Below the pieces are notes generated by a model that was not told the origin of the DNA, searched no databases, and saw only the letters and a program-made list of their open reading frames with translations. From Octopus vulgaris (Eukaryota), in contig OX597818.1 of NCBI GenBank assembly GCA_951406725.2, forward strand, positions 27,094,001 through 27,158,000: a stretch of DNA of 64,000 bases, given 5' to 3'. The position numbers were made by a program, and so were the translations under genes. Shown here piece by piece: positions 1 through 13,085 of the stretch (positions are counted from its first letter, which is position 1; the number at the start of each line of letters is the position of its first letter).

Positions 1-469
1 AGCCTGGAGGATTTTTAACAAACAACCACTGTTAGCCAATTAATCATTTGTCAATTTTACAGTTTAGCTACTGTTTAACATGGTAAATTATACCACACTC
101 TAGTACCTACTTATAGGACTGGGCTGTTAGGAATTCAGTCTCTTCATAATTTTCACTGTACTATAATAAGGTACTAGATAACTAATCTCTGAATTGGTTG
201 TCCAGTACCCTGTTGATATGACCATCCATATCCTCATCCTAATGCTTTAGTAAAAGGCAGTAACAACTGCTAATCTCATTTACTCCTTTTCTGTGGTCTC
301 CCATTGATGAATATTCCTCATTACAAAATGATATGTAGAATAAACAGGCATTTTATGTTTTGATTGAGGGATAATTATGTATTATCACTTACATAACTAA
401 CACAAATTATCAAACGGCTGTCACAAAAATGGAACAGACATCTATTCTTTCACCTCATTTATCTGATCA

Positions 470-500
<31 letters not shown>

Positions 501-612
501 CATACATACATACATACATACATACATACATACATACATACATACATACATACATACATACATACATACATACATACATACATACATACATACAAACATA
601 CATACATACATA
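470..612. repeat. (TACA)n microsatellite
   Basis: Nearly perfect TACA tandem array; explains the YIHT/MYVC ORFs. Confidence 0.97.
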
Positions 613-1362
613 ACATGTATATGGCCTGCTTGCTTAGCCAGCGGGGTGGCGTCATTTGAAGGCTAAAACAATACGAAGCGCATTGTGACCAGCGATGTGT
701 AGCAACATCTGATAGCCTGGTCGGTGACGGTGACGGTGATAAATATATATGGCTCGAAGCAGTTTTATTCAAATTTGTCAGTACTCCAAGTTTCAAGCAT
801 GATGCTAGTCTTCAGCCATTTTGAATTTGAATGACAGAAGTTGATTGTTATTACCATAAAGTGGGTTGCGATTGGTCGAGGAAGTTCACATAGTGTTTGA
901 TGTTGTTGGCATATTGGTATATCAGCAACAACAGTTAGTTGGAAAATACTGCGTGGTGAACAGGAAATCAACTGCATAGTGGACAGAAAATTGGTTGGGT
1001 TGTTGGAGAGGAAGTAGGAAGGGGCAGTGTGTACAAGTATATAGTTGTATATGTGGGTGTGTGGATGTGCTCATATGATTTTGTGTGCAAGTCTGTATTG
1101 ATGCAAGCATGTGCATCTGTACATGAGCATGCATGCACCACCCCACACACACATGAGCAGACATGCATGCACACACACACATACATGCACATAGATACAC
1201 ATGTATATTCGCATGCACATGCATGAGTATACATGAGTATATATAGTGTACTGTTCTGTGATAGTAAGATCTATATATAAATATATATATATATACACAC
1301 ACACACACATATGTATATACATACATACACACACACATACATATGTATATTTACAGACATAC

Positions 1363-1414
<52 letters not shown>

Positions 1415-1429
1415 CTCTTTCAAAGATGT

Positions 1430-1800
1430 CAACCCCTTCTTAACCTGCTTCCTCCATCTGTGGCTATGACAGGCATTGCTCTCCCAGTTGGTCTTCTGCG
1501 TATATCACAGGTCTTTAATGAGGACTTGACACAGTCATTAAATTACAGCCTTGGTTTCTGCCAGAGTCTCTTTCCACTAGCAAGTTCCCCGAATGGCATC
1601 TGTTTAGGAAATCTGCTATCCTACATTGTAATAAGATATCCAGCCCAACATAACCGGTGCTTGTGCACCACCACCTCAATACTCAAGACATCAGCTTTCC
1701 TCAGGACCTGTATGACTGGAGTTTTTAAGGTTCAGCCAATATTCAGAATGTCTCAGATATCTCTGATGAAAGTGTTCAATGACCTTACAAGGCCTGATCA
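1430..1800 (-). mobile_element. RTE-clade LINE, decayed C-terminal fragment
   Basis: Minus-strand translation KHRLCWAGYLITM*DSRFPKQMPFGELASGKR..KPRL matches the RTE post-RT motif LRWAGH..RM...R.PK...YGEL..GKR..GRP; contains stops. Confidence 0.75.
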
Positions 1801-1949
1801 GTAAGTATTCGGACTGTTGCCATAATAAAGAAGCTAAAGCATGCAGAGTGAAGCTGCTCAGCACAGATTGACCTTGACTTCCACTGTGCATACAAGTGAA
1901 GTTTTAACATTCTAGCTCACTTCCTTTGTTTACAGAAGTGCTTGGAAGT

Positions 1950-2345
1950 AACATGTGTAATGTGTGATCATCGCACTGACCATATAGAAAAAGCTGTCAT
2001 AGCAATACCTGCTCAGAGGCCTATGCAAAGTTGCAGAAAGAGTATGGAGAGGAGTGTACAAGTTGCACACAAGTGTACAAGTGGTTCAGACATTTCCAAG
2101 ATGGCCAAAAAAATGTTGATAGTGACAAACGTTCTGGGAGACCTGCAGCCAGCTGAACTGAGAAAAACTTTGCAGATGTATATGCAACTGTGAGGGGAAA
2201 TCATCAAATCATAATTTGTGAGTTATCAGAAGATGTGCAGTTAAGCCCATTAGTTACGGTGCAGTTAAGCCCATTATCACTGAAGATTTGGGTATGGGAT
2301 GTGTGTCTTCCAAGTTTGTACCAAAATTGCTTTGAGCTGACCAAA
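1950..2345 (+). mobile_element. mariner-like transposase N-terminal (HTH) fragment, pseudogene
   Basis: Frame-broken translation AYAKLQKEYGEEC..QVYKWFRHFQDGQKNVDSDKRSGRP...ELSEDV...EDLGMGCVSSKFVPKLL, typical mariner HTH and WVP-linker region. Confidence 0.75.
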
Positions 2346-2522
2346 AAGACACTCAGATTTCAATTACACATGTTACTTCCAAGTACTGCCGTAAACAGTG
2401 GAAGTGAGTTAGAATGTTGAAACTTAGTGCACATGCACAAGATCAATCTGTGCCAGGTGACTTCACTCTGCATACTTTAGCTTTGTTACTATGGCAACAG
2501 TCTGGATACTGATCAAACCATA

Positions 2523-2574
<52 letters not shown>

Positions 2575-3007
2575 ATTATAAATATGTATTATATATACAT
2601 ACACTCATGCGCACTTGCGTGCATATGAACACACACACACACACACACACATATGACAGACTTCTTTCAGTTTTCTGCAACCAAATTTACTCACAAGTCT
2701 TAGGTTGGCCAAGGTCTATAGTAGAATCTACTTGTCCAAGGTACCACAAATTTGCATAATTTAAATAATCCATTAACAACATAGCATTAAATAGGCAGTA
2801 ATTTAGAATTGTCACCTCCCAATTTCACTTTGAAGTTTATATGGTATTTCTCGTGCTAACAGCTTTTTGTTTAATCCTAAAGAACTATCTCCTTTCTTAG
2901 ACATTATTTACCGTTGAATGCATAAAGAAACTGAACTCCTAGAGACCTTGTTAATGAAAGGATCTCTTGATAAAACATTTGAATGGTTTCCTATTGCCTA
3001 TTTTACA

Positions 3008-3252
3008 CATCATCATTTAGCATCCGCTTTCCATGCTAGCATGGGTTGGACGGTTCAACTGGGGTCTGGAAAGCCAGAAGGCTGCACCAGGCCCAGTCTG
3101 ATCTGGCAATGTTTCTACGGCTGAATGCCCTTCCTAACATCAACCACTCCATGAGTGTAGTGGGTGCTTTTTACGTGCCACCGGCACAGGTGCCAGATGA
3201 GGCTGGCAAATGGCCACGGTCGGATGGTGCTTTTTACATGCCACCAGCACAC
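3008..3252 (-). mobile_element. RTE-LINE 3' UTR fragment
   Basis: Same sequence (CCATGCTAGCATGGGTTGGAC...GCCCTTCCTAAC..CAACCACTCC) follows RTE coding ends at 7073-7750 and 40800-42578; (CAT)n tail. Confidence 0.8.
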
Positions 3253-5264
3253 ACAAGGAATTAAATTCAGTACTATAAACTAAAAAAAACTCCAGTCAGT
3301 TATATAGTGCTCCTTTCCCCTATTCTTGAGAGAATACTTGACTAAACTGATAGGGTGGTACATAATCAGTTGAAATATTGTAACTTCATGTTCTGCATTG
3401 TGTCCATGGTTAAACATTTAACTCTGTAGACTAGTTTACCTTACTTAAAACTGATCCTGCAAAGCAGGATAATAATTAATTACAATGGTGTGAAATTGAT
3501 AGATATTTCTCTAGCATGCAGCACTGGGTTCAACTCTTCTTAGAGAAGGATGAACTCCACTAATCTGATTTATTCAAGAAACACTATATGTATTTTGTCC
3601 CATCAAATCAATGGATTATACGATTTACTGCTTGCCTTCCACAGAAGTAGCTTGTAACTATGTGGAACATCTATTTAACACCTAAGTGACCTACCAGCAG
3701 GAGACAAATATTTTGTGAGTAATGATGAAATAATACAAACTTATTGTCTGTTCATGTTGTATTCTGAGCCCCATTTGACTCGGCCAGCTGCAAGCATTTA
3801 ATGGTGCATTTATTCTTTTGGATTCCTGAGAAGGATTTTATTCAATATGACTTGTAAAATTATTGTTTTAGCTTTACAAAAATAGGGTTTGCTACAGCTT
3901 TTATCTCTTACAGTTAAAGATCCTTGATAAAACTAATATTGATAATGATGTTCAATCTTTGAATAATATTGATTTCTAAAAAGCTAATGATTTTAGAATT
4001 GCTACGAGGAGCTGTGATGAAGTGGATGATGACAACAACAATGATGATAATAATGATATTTACAGTGAAAGCATACAGAGAGACTCTTGGAAATCGATAG
4101 ACTTAGTCGTTTTAACAGTTGTTTTTCCTTAAAATGTTTTTGTATCTAATTATAATTATAATTATTGTCATATAACAATTGGTCCATTGAAACCCAATCA
4201 TAAAGAATTGTTTAAATATGTGCAAATAAATACACATAACCTAAAATGCTAAAGTTGTGTAATAAATCTCTAGTATTCAGGATAATCTGCTTTTTCTGAA
4301 TATCTACTAAGGAAATACAATATTTATGGCAGAAAACATAAGGATAAAAATCTCTTTGACCATTGACAAAACAAATCTACAATTATTAAGTCAAATATTG
4401 ATTTCTTTTAACTATGCACAAGATGAAATAGATATGATCTGGAGAATTTGTTTCCCAGCATAATATATTTACTTATTTTATCAGCCCAAAGAGATGATAA
4501 AAAAACAAAAAAAAACAAGGGAAAAATTAATACTCTTTGGATTTGAACTTATAAATATAGAATGCCATACAAAGAATTTAGTTTGGTTCTGTAACCACTG
4601 TCCTATCTCCTAACTTGTGTGGAATATTCCTTTCAAAACTCAGCAATTGACAAGGTCCCTAAATAGAATTATTCCAGCATTGAAGTTTTATATAATAAGA
4701 TATGTACACATGTGCAAGGAAACATACATATGAACACAGCTTGAATATCATTTCCACCTGAAATTAAATTTATATATAGCTGTACACAGATGTAATTTGA
4801 TATATCTGAAATATTTCATTCCTGTGTTCAACAAAAAGTTTTTGTAAATAGAATTGATTGATAATCTAGATACTTGTAGATAAATACCTATTATTCATAG
4901 CGTAAAATATTATCTACTTGGTTGTAGAAGTCAGTTTCCATCAAAATATTCAAGAGTTTATGTATATGTATCAAAAGGGGTCTGGAATATGTGCTGATTC
5001 TTCTCTCAAATGATTACAACTGCTGAGTACTTGTAATCATTTGTGTAAAACTTAGAAGCAAGAAGGAGGGATAGATTTAGGAAGATGAGATGTGAGGAAA
5101 CTTGATGATTCAAATTAGGTGCAGAGGAAGGATCCAGCATGTACAAGCATAAACATAATGCTTTTAGGACTTGAACTTTTGTTGTGATGTACAGGTCCTT
5201 TTGAGCACAGTGAATCACCAATCAATTTAGTCCTATGTCATCTCTTTCATAAAGCTCAACATCT

Positions 5265-5520
5265 TGTTGTCAGCTTTCACTACTTTAGCCCATGTACCTT
5301 TTGGTCTCTCACTTCCATGAGTTTCATCAACTTTGATTGGCATCTCTTTACACAGCTGTCCTCATCCATGACCAAACCATCACATGAACAAAACCAGTGC
5401 AGTCTTCTCTCTTGTGCACTACATTGATTCCTCTTAGGCTTAATTTTTCTCACAACACATTTGTACTTTGTCATACATGTGCACTGACATTACACACCCA
5501 ATGGAACACACTAGCTTCAT
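5265..5520 (-). mobile_element. RTE-LINE C-terminal fragment
   Basis: ORF 5280-5474 QERRLHWF..LVMDEDSCVKRC resembles the C-terminus of the RTE copy at 41-42 kb. Confidence 0.65.
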
Positions 5521-5641
5521 TCTTTTCTAGTTTTCATTTGTCCTCTGCATTCAGAACCCCTGTCTTAGTACCATGTAGCATTGTTGCTCATACACAAACA
5601 TCATACTTTTCACTGTGTGTGCATGTGTATGCATGTGTATG

Positions 5642-5668
5642 CATGTGTGTGTGTGTGTGTGAGAGAGA

Positions 5669-5749
<81 letters not shown>
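5642..5749. repeat. (GT)n(GA)n compound microsatellite
   Basis: Direct reading; similar (GA)n at 10763-10835. Confidence 0.95.
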
Positions 5750-5752
<3 letters not shown>

Positions 5753-6388
5753 TTGTTAATAGTGGTAATAGTTCTCTGAATATTCTCCATCTTATTCCTA
5801 TTCAAGAACCTATACTTTCAGAACATCATCCTCCACTGCTGATGAAGTTATCTAGGTAGTAGAAATTACATATTACCACATGGGAATCTCCTGAGAAATT
5901 CAGTAAAATCTATTTCCCATGTGTCTTTAGTATTTATTGCTCCTACACACCTATATACAGAGACTACTTTTCCTTTTAACCTTCCTGTAGCTCTACTGTA
6001 CCTCTTCTGTGTCCATAGCTTGCACTGCATACACTATATAGAATAGCAGTCAATACCTTACATACGTATTGAGTAAGGCCATTTACCTGATGGGCATAAA
6101 GCCCTATCTGTTTTCCTGCATAGCAGAACTGTGGTCTCACACACACTCACACACACACGTGCACACACACACACACACATATGTGTGTGCACACATGATG
6201 GGCTTCTTTCAATTTCCGTCTATCAAATCTTTTGACAAAGCTTTTGTTGGTCCTGGGATATAGAAGAAGATTCTGCACAGTGGGATTGAACCACATATTT
6301 ACAACCAACGAGGTCGAACCCGCAAGAGTAAACAAGAGAAACAGAGACAGGCAGAAACAAGGAAAATGCCACTTGTATTTGAACACTA

Positions 6389-6815
6389 CTCTTTACTCTT
6401 TACTCTTTTACTTGTTTCAGTCATTTGACTGTGGCCATGCTGGAGCACCGCCTTTAGTCGAGCAAATCGGACCCTGGGACTTATTCTTTGTAAGCCCAGT
6501 ACTTATTCTATCGGTCTCTTTTGTTGAACCGCTAAGTGACGGGGACGTAAACACACCAGCATTGGTTGTCAAGCAATGCTAGGGGGACAAACACAAACAT
6601 ACAAACATACACGCACACATACATATATATATATATATATACACATATATACAACAGGCTTCTTTCAGTTTCCGTCTACCAAATCCACTCACAAGGCATT
6701 GGTCGGCCCGGGGCTATAGCAGAGGACACTTGTCCAAGGTGCCATGCAGTGGGAATGAACCCGGAACCATGTGGTTGATTAGAAAGCTACTTACCACACA
6801 GCCACTCCTGCGCCT
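6389..6815 (-). mobile_element. tRNA-derived SINE (family A), near full length
   Basis: Minus strand starts GGCGCAGGAGTGGCTGTGTGGTAAG (A box) with GGTTCATTCCC (B box); related copies at 2655-2745, 6197-6293, 7928-8090 and 39983-40342. Confidence 0.85.
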
Positions 6816-7004
6816 ATTATACAAATATTCTTTTAAAAAAACTTCTCTTTTAATTTTTCTAAATTTAATTATTTAATTGTTACAGTTGAAAAAGTCGCAA
6901 TGACTGAAACCGGTACTGAAATGTTCTTTATAAAATTATTTTAGCATTTTCTATATTGACTTTTTTTTCCATATATATCAACTCGTGTGTTCCTTTTCAT
7001 CCTT

Positions 7005-7072
<68 letters not shown>

Positions 7073-7075
<3 letters not shown>

Positions 7076-7750
7076 ACCCTAGCGATTGAGAGAACCTGTG
7101 GAAGAGGTAGACCCAGGAATACCTGGGATGAAGTGGTGAAGCACAACCTTCGAACTTTAGGCCTCACCAAGGAAATGACCAGTGACCGAGGCTTTTGGAA
7201 ATATGCTGTGCTTGAGAAGACCCGGCAAGCCAAATAAGACCATAACCTCATGGCCTATGCCAGGGGTGTAACCAGCCCACTTACGCGTACCTTTTCCTTC
7301 TTTGGACACTAAACTCTGCTTGCAAAGACCTGTTAAGGCAAGTGAAATCAAAATCAAATTCGATGACAGGCAACTGTGCTAGCGGGGTGCAAAGAGCACC
7401 ATACGAGTGTGATCGTTGACAGAGTGGCTAACTGGCTTCTCTGCCAGTGGCACATAAAAGGCACCATTCGAGTGTGATCATTACCAGTGTCGCCTTACTG
7501 GCACGTGTAAAAACATTCGAGCGAGGTCGTTGCCAGTACCACCTGACTGGCCTCCGTGCCAGTGGTACGTAAAAGCACCCACTACACTCTCTGAGTGGTT
7601 GGCATTAGGAAGGGCATCCAGCTGTAGAAACTCTGCCAGATCCAGATTGGAGCCTGGTGCAGCTATCTGGTTCGCACCAGTCAAATCGTCCAACCCATGC
7701 TAACATGGAAAGTGGACGTTAAACAATGAAGATGGTGATGATGATGATGA
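7073..7750 (+). mobile_element. RTE-LINE 3' end (5'-truncated)
   Basis: TCGRGRPRNTWDEVVKHNLRTLGLTKEMTSDRGFWKYAV followed by 3' UTR and (GAT)n tail. Confidence 0.85.
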
Positions 7751-7786
7751 TATATATATATATATATGTATATGTATATATGTGTG

Positions 7787-7855
<69 letters not shown>

Positions 7856-9364
7856 GTATATATATATATATGTAGGTAGAGAGAGAAAGATACACACAAA
7901 CAGACAGACACACACACACACACACAGATGATAGGCTTCTTTCAATTCCCGTCTACCAAATACATTCACAAGGATTTAAGTTAGTCAAGCAGTATAGTAG
8001 AAAATACTTGCCCAAGGTGCTATGCAGTGGGACTGAATCTGACATCACACATGGTGAGCAAACTTCTTAACCTCTCAGCTACCCCTGTGGCTATTTTTTT
8101 TTTTTGATATTTAGACTACAGTTCTAGAAAGTGGCTGCACTATCTAGAAAGTGGCAGCAACACTATCATGAATTCAGATTTAAGACAACCATGCTCTAGG
8201 GTACGTCTCACAACTCTGCCCATTGCAGTTTATTAGTTGACAAGCTCCACCTTAAAGTAGTAAGGATACTGAACTAAAAAAAATAATTAATTCAACAAAA
8301 TGTTACTGTTCAAATTTACTAAAGGCATTCCACATATGCTAGCATGGAGAAAAAGATAAAAGGTGGCAAAAAGAAAATTAAAAATTTGTTGTAACATTTA
8401 TTAGTCAGCCTTCATCATGTTTCTAACAATTAAACACATAGGCTCACTCCACTTGTCTCATATTGACTTAGCTGTGACCTCACTAGACATAAATCCTGAA
8501 CACAGCCTTGCCTCCAAAATGAATTTTTAATGACATAGAATAAGTAAATGTAAGTAAGTTTTATTTTTGCTATGCTAATGTAGTGAAGCTACAGAACATG
8601 AAATATAGAAAAAATTATGTGGAGATTAGGTTGTGTGAAGTGAGCTAAAGAAATTAAGATGTTTTGTTAAAGAAATAAAGAATCTTCTGATGTAAGTAAC
8701 AAAGTTATTGATATCATTTTTAGCAGAAAGACCTCAGAAATAAATGAACTATTTTATCCATAAGACTGGCAAACTAGAATTCTTAACACTATAAAAATTC
8801 CTAAATTTATTTTACTGAAATTTTGCAGTTATATTTCCCACTTTTATTTCAGATTTTGTAAAATATTTTTACTCAGAAGTCATAGTCATAGTATCAAGAT
8901 TCAATAAAGAGAAGCAGGGAGAAAAGCTTGATAAAAATCTAAAGTCAAAAAACAATAACAGTAATAGGAAAATCAGGTAATTTTATTCTTAAAACTATTA
9001 ATTGGTACAGTTCTTGGCTTTCCCTAATATTATCTGGATTTGACTCTGCTTAAATAATTAGAAAAAGAAAAATGTTTAAAGAACAGCTGGTTTACTAATA
9101 GTAGTAGTAGAACAACAATAGTAATCAGTTCTTCCTAAGCAGGAAAAATATGTCTAATTGAAACCTGTTTTTCACTTGTTTCTATTTCCATTGGCACATA
9201 GCAAATTTTTACTTATCCTTTCTCTCATCTACTTATTAAAAAGAATACCTGTTTTCTTGTTCTTTATTACTATAACACTCTTTAAACATGCATATTATGA
9301 ATCGAGTTGGATTGTAGAAAGTACATTCCATACTTATTTTAAACTGAAGTTTATCTTTATATAC

Positions 9365-9417
<53 letters not shown>

Positions 9418-10755
9418 TGTAGTGATTTAGAAGTTTATCTTATAAACAGTGTTTCAATATCAATTTCTGACAGAAAGAGTTTGAAGTTGTTCAATAAGAA
9501 ATTTTAAAAGGCAAGTTAAAGAAGTAAGAAGTATGCATGACAAAAAGCAAGAAAACAGGCATAACAAAATTAATAGTTTAGTGCAAAGGTAGAACTGAAG
9601 CTAATGTATTCATTAAAATCTTCTCCTTCTACTTCAGTATGATAGGATAACAATCATGCCATTTAAAAAAGATTATGGATTTTAATATCTTTCTCTAGAT
9701 ATTTGCTAATTTTCATTTAATATAAGATTTTTAATTCATCATCATTATCATCATCATCATTATCATCATCATCATTTCCATGCTGGCAATTTATCTCCAC
9801 ATTTACTTAATCAACATATAATTTGAAGTCTATTACTTATTTTGGTTCAGTAAATTATTTTCATTGTAGACTGGTGTTTTATACACTCAGACGATAAATT
9901 ATGTTAACAAAATAAAATAACAATAAGTCTATTAACCAGAGGTGTTCATAAAGTGATTGTGCTTAGCTCTGGGCTTTGAAGCACAAAGCAGGAGAAAGAC
10001 AAGTCTTTTCTATAGTATATCAGTCTACTGCAGGTAACATTCTCTCTAAGATCTTAAGCACATTATGTAAAGTCTGGTAAGCTGAAGTACTGAGAATTAA
10101 GAATATAAAAACCCAATTAAACACCTATATTAAATGTGAATTTATAACTTTAAGGGGTCTTCTTAATTGAATATCTTATACATTCATTTGCCTTACTTCT
10201 AAAAACTATGTTTATTTTTATAAGTAGTTTCATAATTTCATTAGGAATAAATTATAGCCATTGAGCTAAATTATAGCTTGTTTAAAATATAAAGCTACAT
10301 TATAAAGAATTAAATGTTTTGGAGTATTAGCTGAACAAGCAAAAATAATGAAGAAAATTTAAGAGAGTGAACAAGGAGTATAGTTTCTGTTCTGTTATTT
10401 TAGCAAAAATAAATAACAGAGATTTATTTCTTACTACTTTCTAATGTAGGCATTTATTTGATAGCAATAAAAATTAAGATAAAAAAAAATTTAAATGCTT
10501 ATTTGTTAAATGTCATGCTATTTCTTATCAAATTATGTAACAACACAATAGTTCATCACCATCACCGTCATCATCATCATTATCATCTCTGCCACTGCTG
10601 TGACTGCAGCCGCTGCTGCTGCCGCCGCCGCCACCGCCACCACCACCACTTTCTTCCTTCTCCTCCTCCCCCTCTTCCTTGAATGTCTATGAATTATTTA
10701 ATTTGATGTAAGAAAATATTATCCTTGCTATAAAATAATTTTGGAATCATAACTC

Positions 10756-10839
<84 letters not shown>

Positions 10840-11757
10840 AGAAGAAGAAGAAGGAGAGCATGTTGGTCTAACAATGGAAAGATTGCAAGTTTGACTTATC
10901 TGGGTCTCATTTAGTGTCATTATCATCAGAACCAATTATGCCAAAAATGCTTTCTCAGATTCTATATATCTTAATAAAGTTGGAATCGGTCATTTGATGG
11001 AGTAGACTAGACAACAAGTGTATAAGAAAAATCACATAACACACTATATAGCAAATTAATTTTATACAATTCATTTATTCTTTTACTGGCCCCAGACATT
11101 TACTACAGCCATAGTGGGACACTACTTTCAAGGCTTTTGGATGATCATATAGACTCTGGTGCTTATTTCAGTCTGGTACATATTTTACCAATCTCAATAT
11201 ATTGAATGGTTAAGTTTTAAAGAGATGCAACTTGATGCACCATTTTACACCATTTTTATACAAATGCAGGGACAGATGAATTAACACTTCTAAACACTTA
11301 GCTTACTTGACCTGCAAAAATAGCAACCAAATCAGGAAAGATCACATAAAATAATATTACCATACCTACCTCTGTCACAAAGAGAGTTTGAGCCTAGAAG
11401 TATTTGATTGCAAAGATAACTTCTTAATTTTGTGCCTCTGATATTTAATTTTATTCTACAATAGTTATAAATTTCTTGAAAGAACATACAGTCCTGACAA
11501 CCAAAGGATCAGTAAATAAGACCCAACTAGATTGAAACCATGAATATTCATTTGTCAAGCCTACATGTTTTCTCTTAGGATAACTATCCAAAATTATTTA
11601 AAGCAAGCTTAATTTATATGGAAGTAAATACTCAGTCTGTATCAAGATAAAATTAATACAGAATTTCTTCACCATCTATGTTAGTGAAAAGGAAAAATAG
11701 TTTAGTGATTAAAATACTGGAAATGTCCAATTTCCATGCTAACATGGGTTGGACATT

Positions 11758-11892
11758 ATTTATTTTTGACGGATATTTGTCCTCATCTTGGTTGTTGTTT
11801 ACACATTTTGGCTGATATACCCTCCAGCCTTCATCAGGTGTCTTAGGGGAAATTTAAAACCTGGGTTCTCATTCCTAAGGTATTTTTCAATG

Positions 11893-11949
<57 letters not shown>

Positions 11950-12042
11950 TCACTGCCTGGAATCGAGCTCAGAATCTTGAGGTTAAGAGCGCAGGCTACT
12001 AAACCCAAGATTCCAAATTCGATTCCAGGCAGTGATCTGGAA

Positions 12043-12088
<46 letters not shown>

Positions 12089-12291
12089 ACAACAACAACA
12101 ACAACAACAACATTGAAAAATACCTTAGGAATGAAAACCCAGGTTTGAAATTTCCCCAAGACACCTGATGAAGGCTGGAGGGTATATCAGCCGAAACGTG
12201 TTAACAACAATCAAGATGAGGACAAATATCCGTCAAATGTAAATAATGTAAATAATGCACATAATTCCTCATCTCTTAAATATAGAACTGT
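11758..12291. mobile_element. Non-autonomous foldback retroelement (inverted arms, tRNA-like centre, hammerhead-like motif in each arm)
   Basis: Inverted arms about 11758-11984 and 12002-12245 plus a ~45-nt tail; flanked by direct repeat ATGGGTTGGACATT at 11744-11757 and 12292-12305. Confidence 0.8.
12160..12202 (+). ncRNA. Hammerhead-like motif (degenerate stem III)
   Basis: GACAC-CTGATGA-A-GGCTG-loop-CAGCC-GAAAC-GTGTT; core boxes and stems I/II present but no clean NUH triplet; mirror copy at about 11801-11842 (-). Confidence 0.55.
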
Positions 12292-13085
12292 ATGGGTTGG
12301 ACATTTTAACTGAAAACCGGCAAGCTGGAAAGCTGCACCAAGTTCCAATCTGATTTGGCATAGTTTCTATGGCTGGATGCACTTCCTAATGTCAACCACT
12401 CCAAGAGTGTAGTGGGTGCTTTTTACATGCTACCAACATGGGTGCTATTGATGTGACACCAGCGTCGGTCGTGACTACAATCTCGCTTGGTTTGACAGGT
12501 CTTCACAAGCATGATATATTGCCAAAGGTCTTGATCGCTTGTCACTGCCTCCATGAGGCCCAATGCATGAGCAGTGCTTTTCATGTGCCACTGGCATGGA
12601 CGCTACACTGACAGCACTGGCATCAGCCATGACTACGATTTCACTTGGCTTGGCAAGTCTTCTCAAGCACAGCATATTGCCAGAGGTCTCAGTCCTTTGT
12701 TATTGCCTCTGTGAGGCCCAACATTCGAAGATTATGCTTCACTATCTCGTCTGATGTCTTCTTGGGTCTACCTCTTCCACAGGTTCCCTCCACTGTTAGA
12801 GTGCAGCACTTTATCTTCATCTGTAGGCAACACATGACCATACCAGTGCAGTTGTCACTCTTACACATCACATCTGATGCCCCTTATGACTAACTTTTCT
12901 TTCAGGACACACTCTGTTGTGCATGCACACTGACATTACAAATCTAGTGAAGCATAATTGCTTCATTTCTTATGACCCAACACATATCCTCAGCAGTCAC
13001 AGCCCATGTTTCACTGCCATGTAGCATAGCTGTTCACACACAAGCATTATACAGTCTACCTTTAACTCTGAGAAAAAGCCCTTTG

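Larger units (their letters stand above)
11723..13085 (-). mobile_element. RTE-LINE 3' portion, interrupted by a foldback insertion
   Basis: TVEGTCGRGRPKKTSDEIVKHNLRMLGL (12689-12871) plus the shared 3' UTR. Confidence 0.8.

Noticed and set aside
429-1443. YIHT/MYVC/CVCV ORFs and similar ones throughout the window
   Set aside because: Translations of microsatellites
5833-5880. CTGATGA..GAAA spacing resembling a hammerhead
   Set aside because: Stem II is very weak and no convincing stem I or III
10458-10682. His/Cys/Arg/Pro-rich ORF
   Set aside because: Mosaic of CAT/CCG/CAC/CCT triplet repeats
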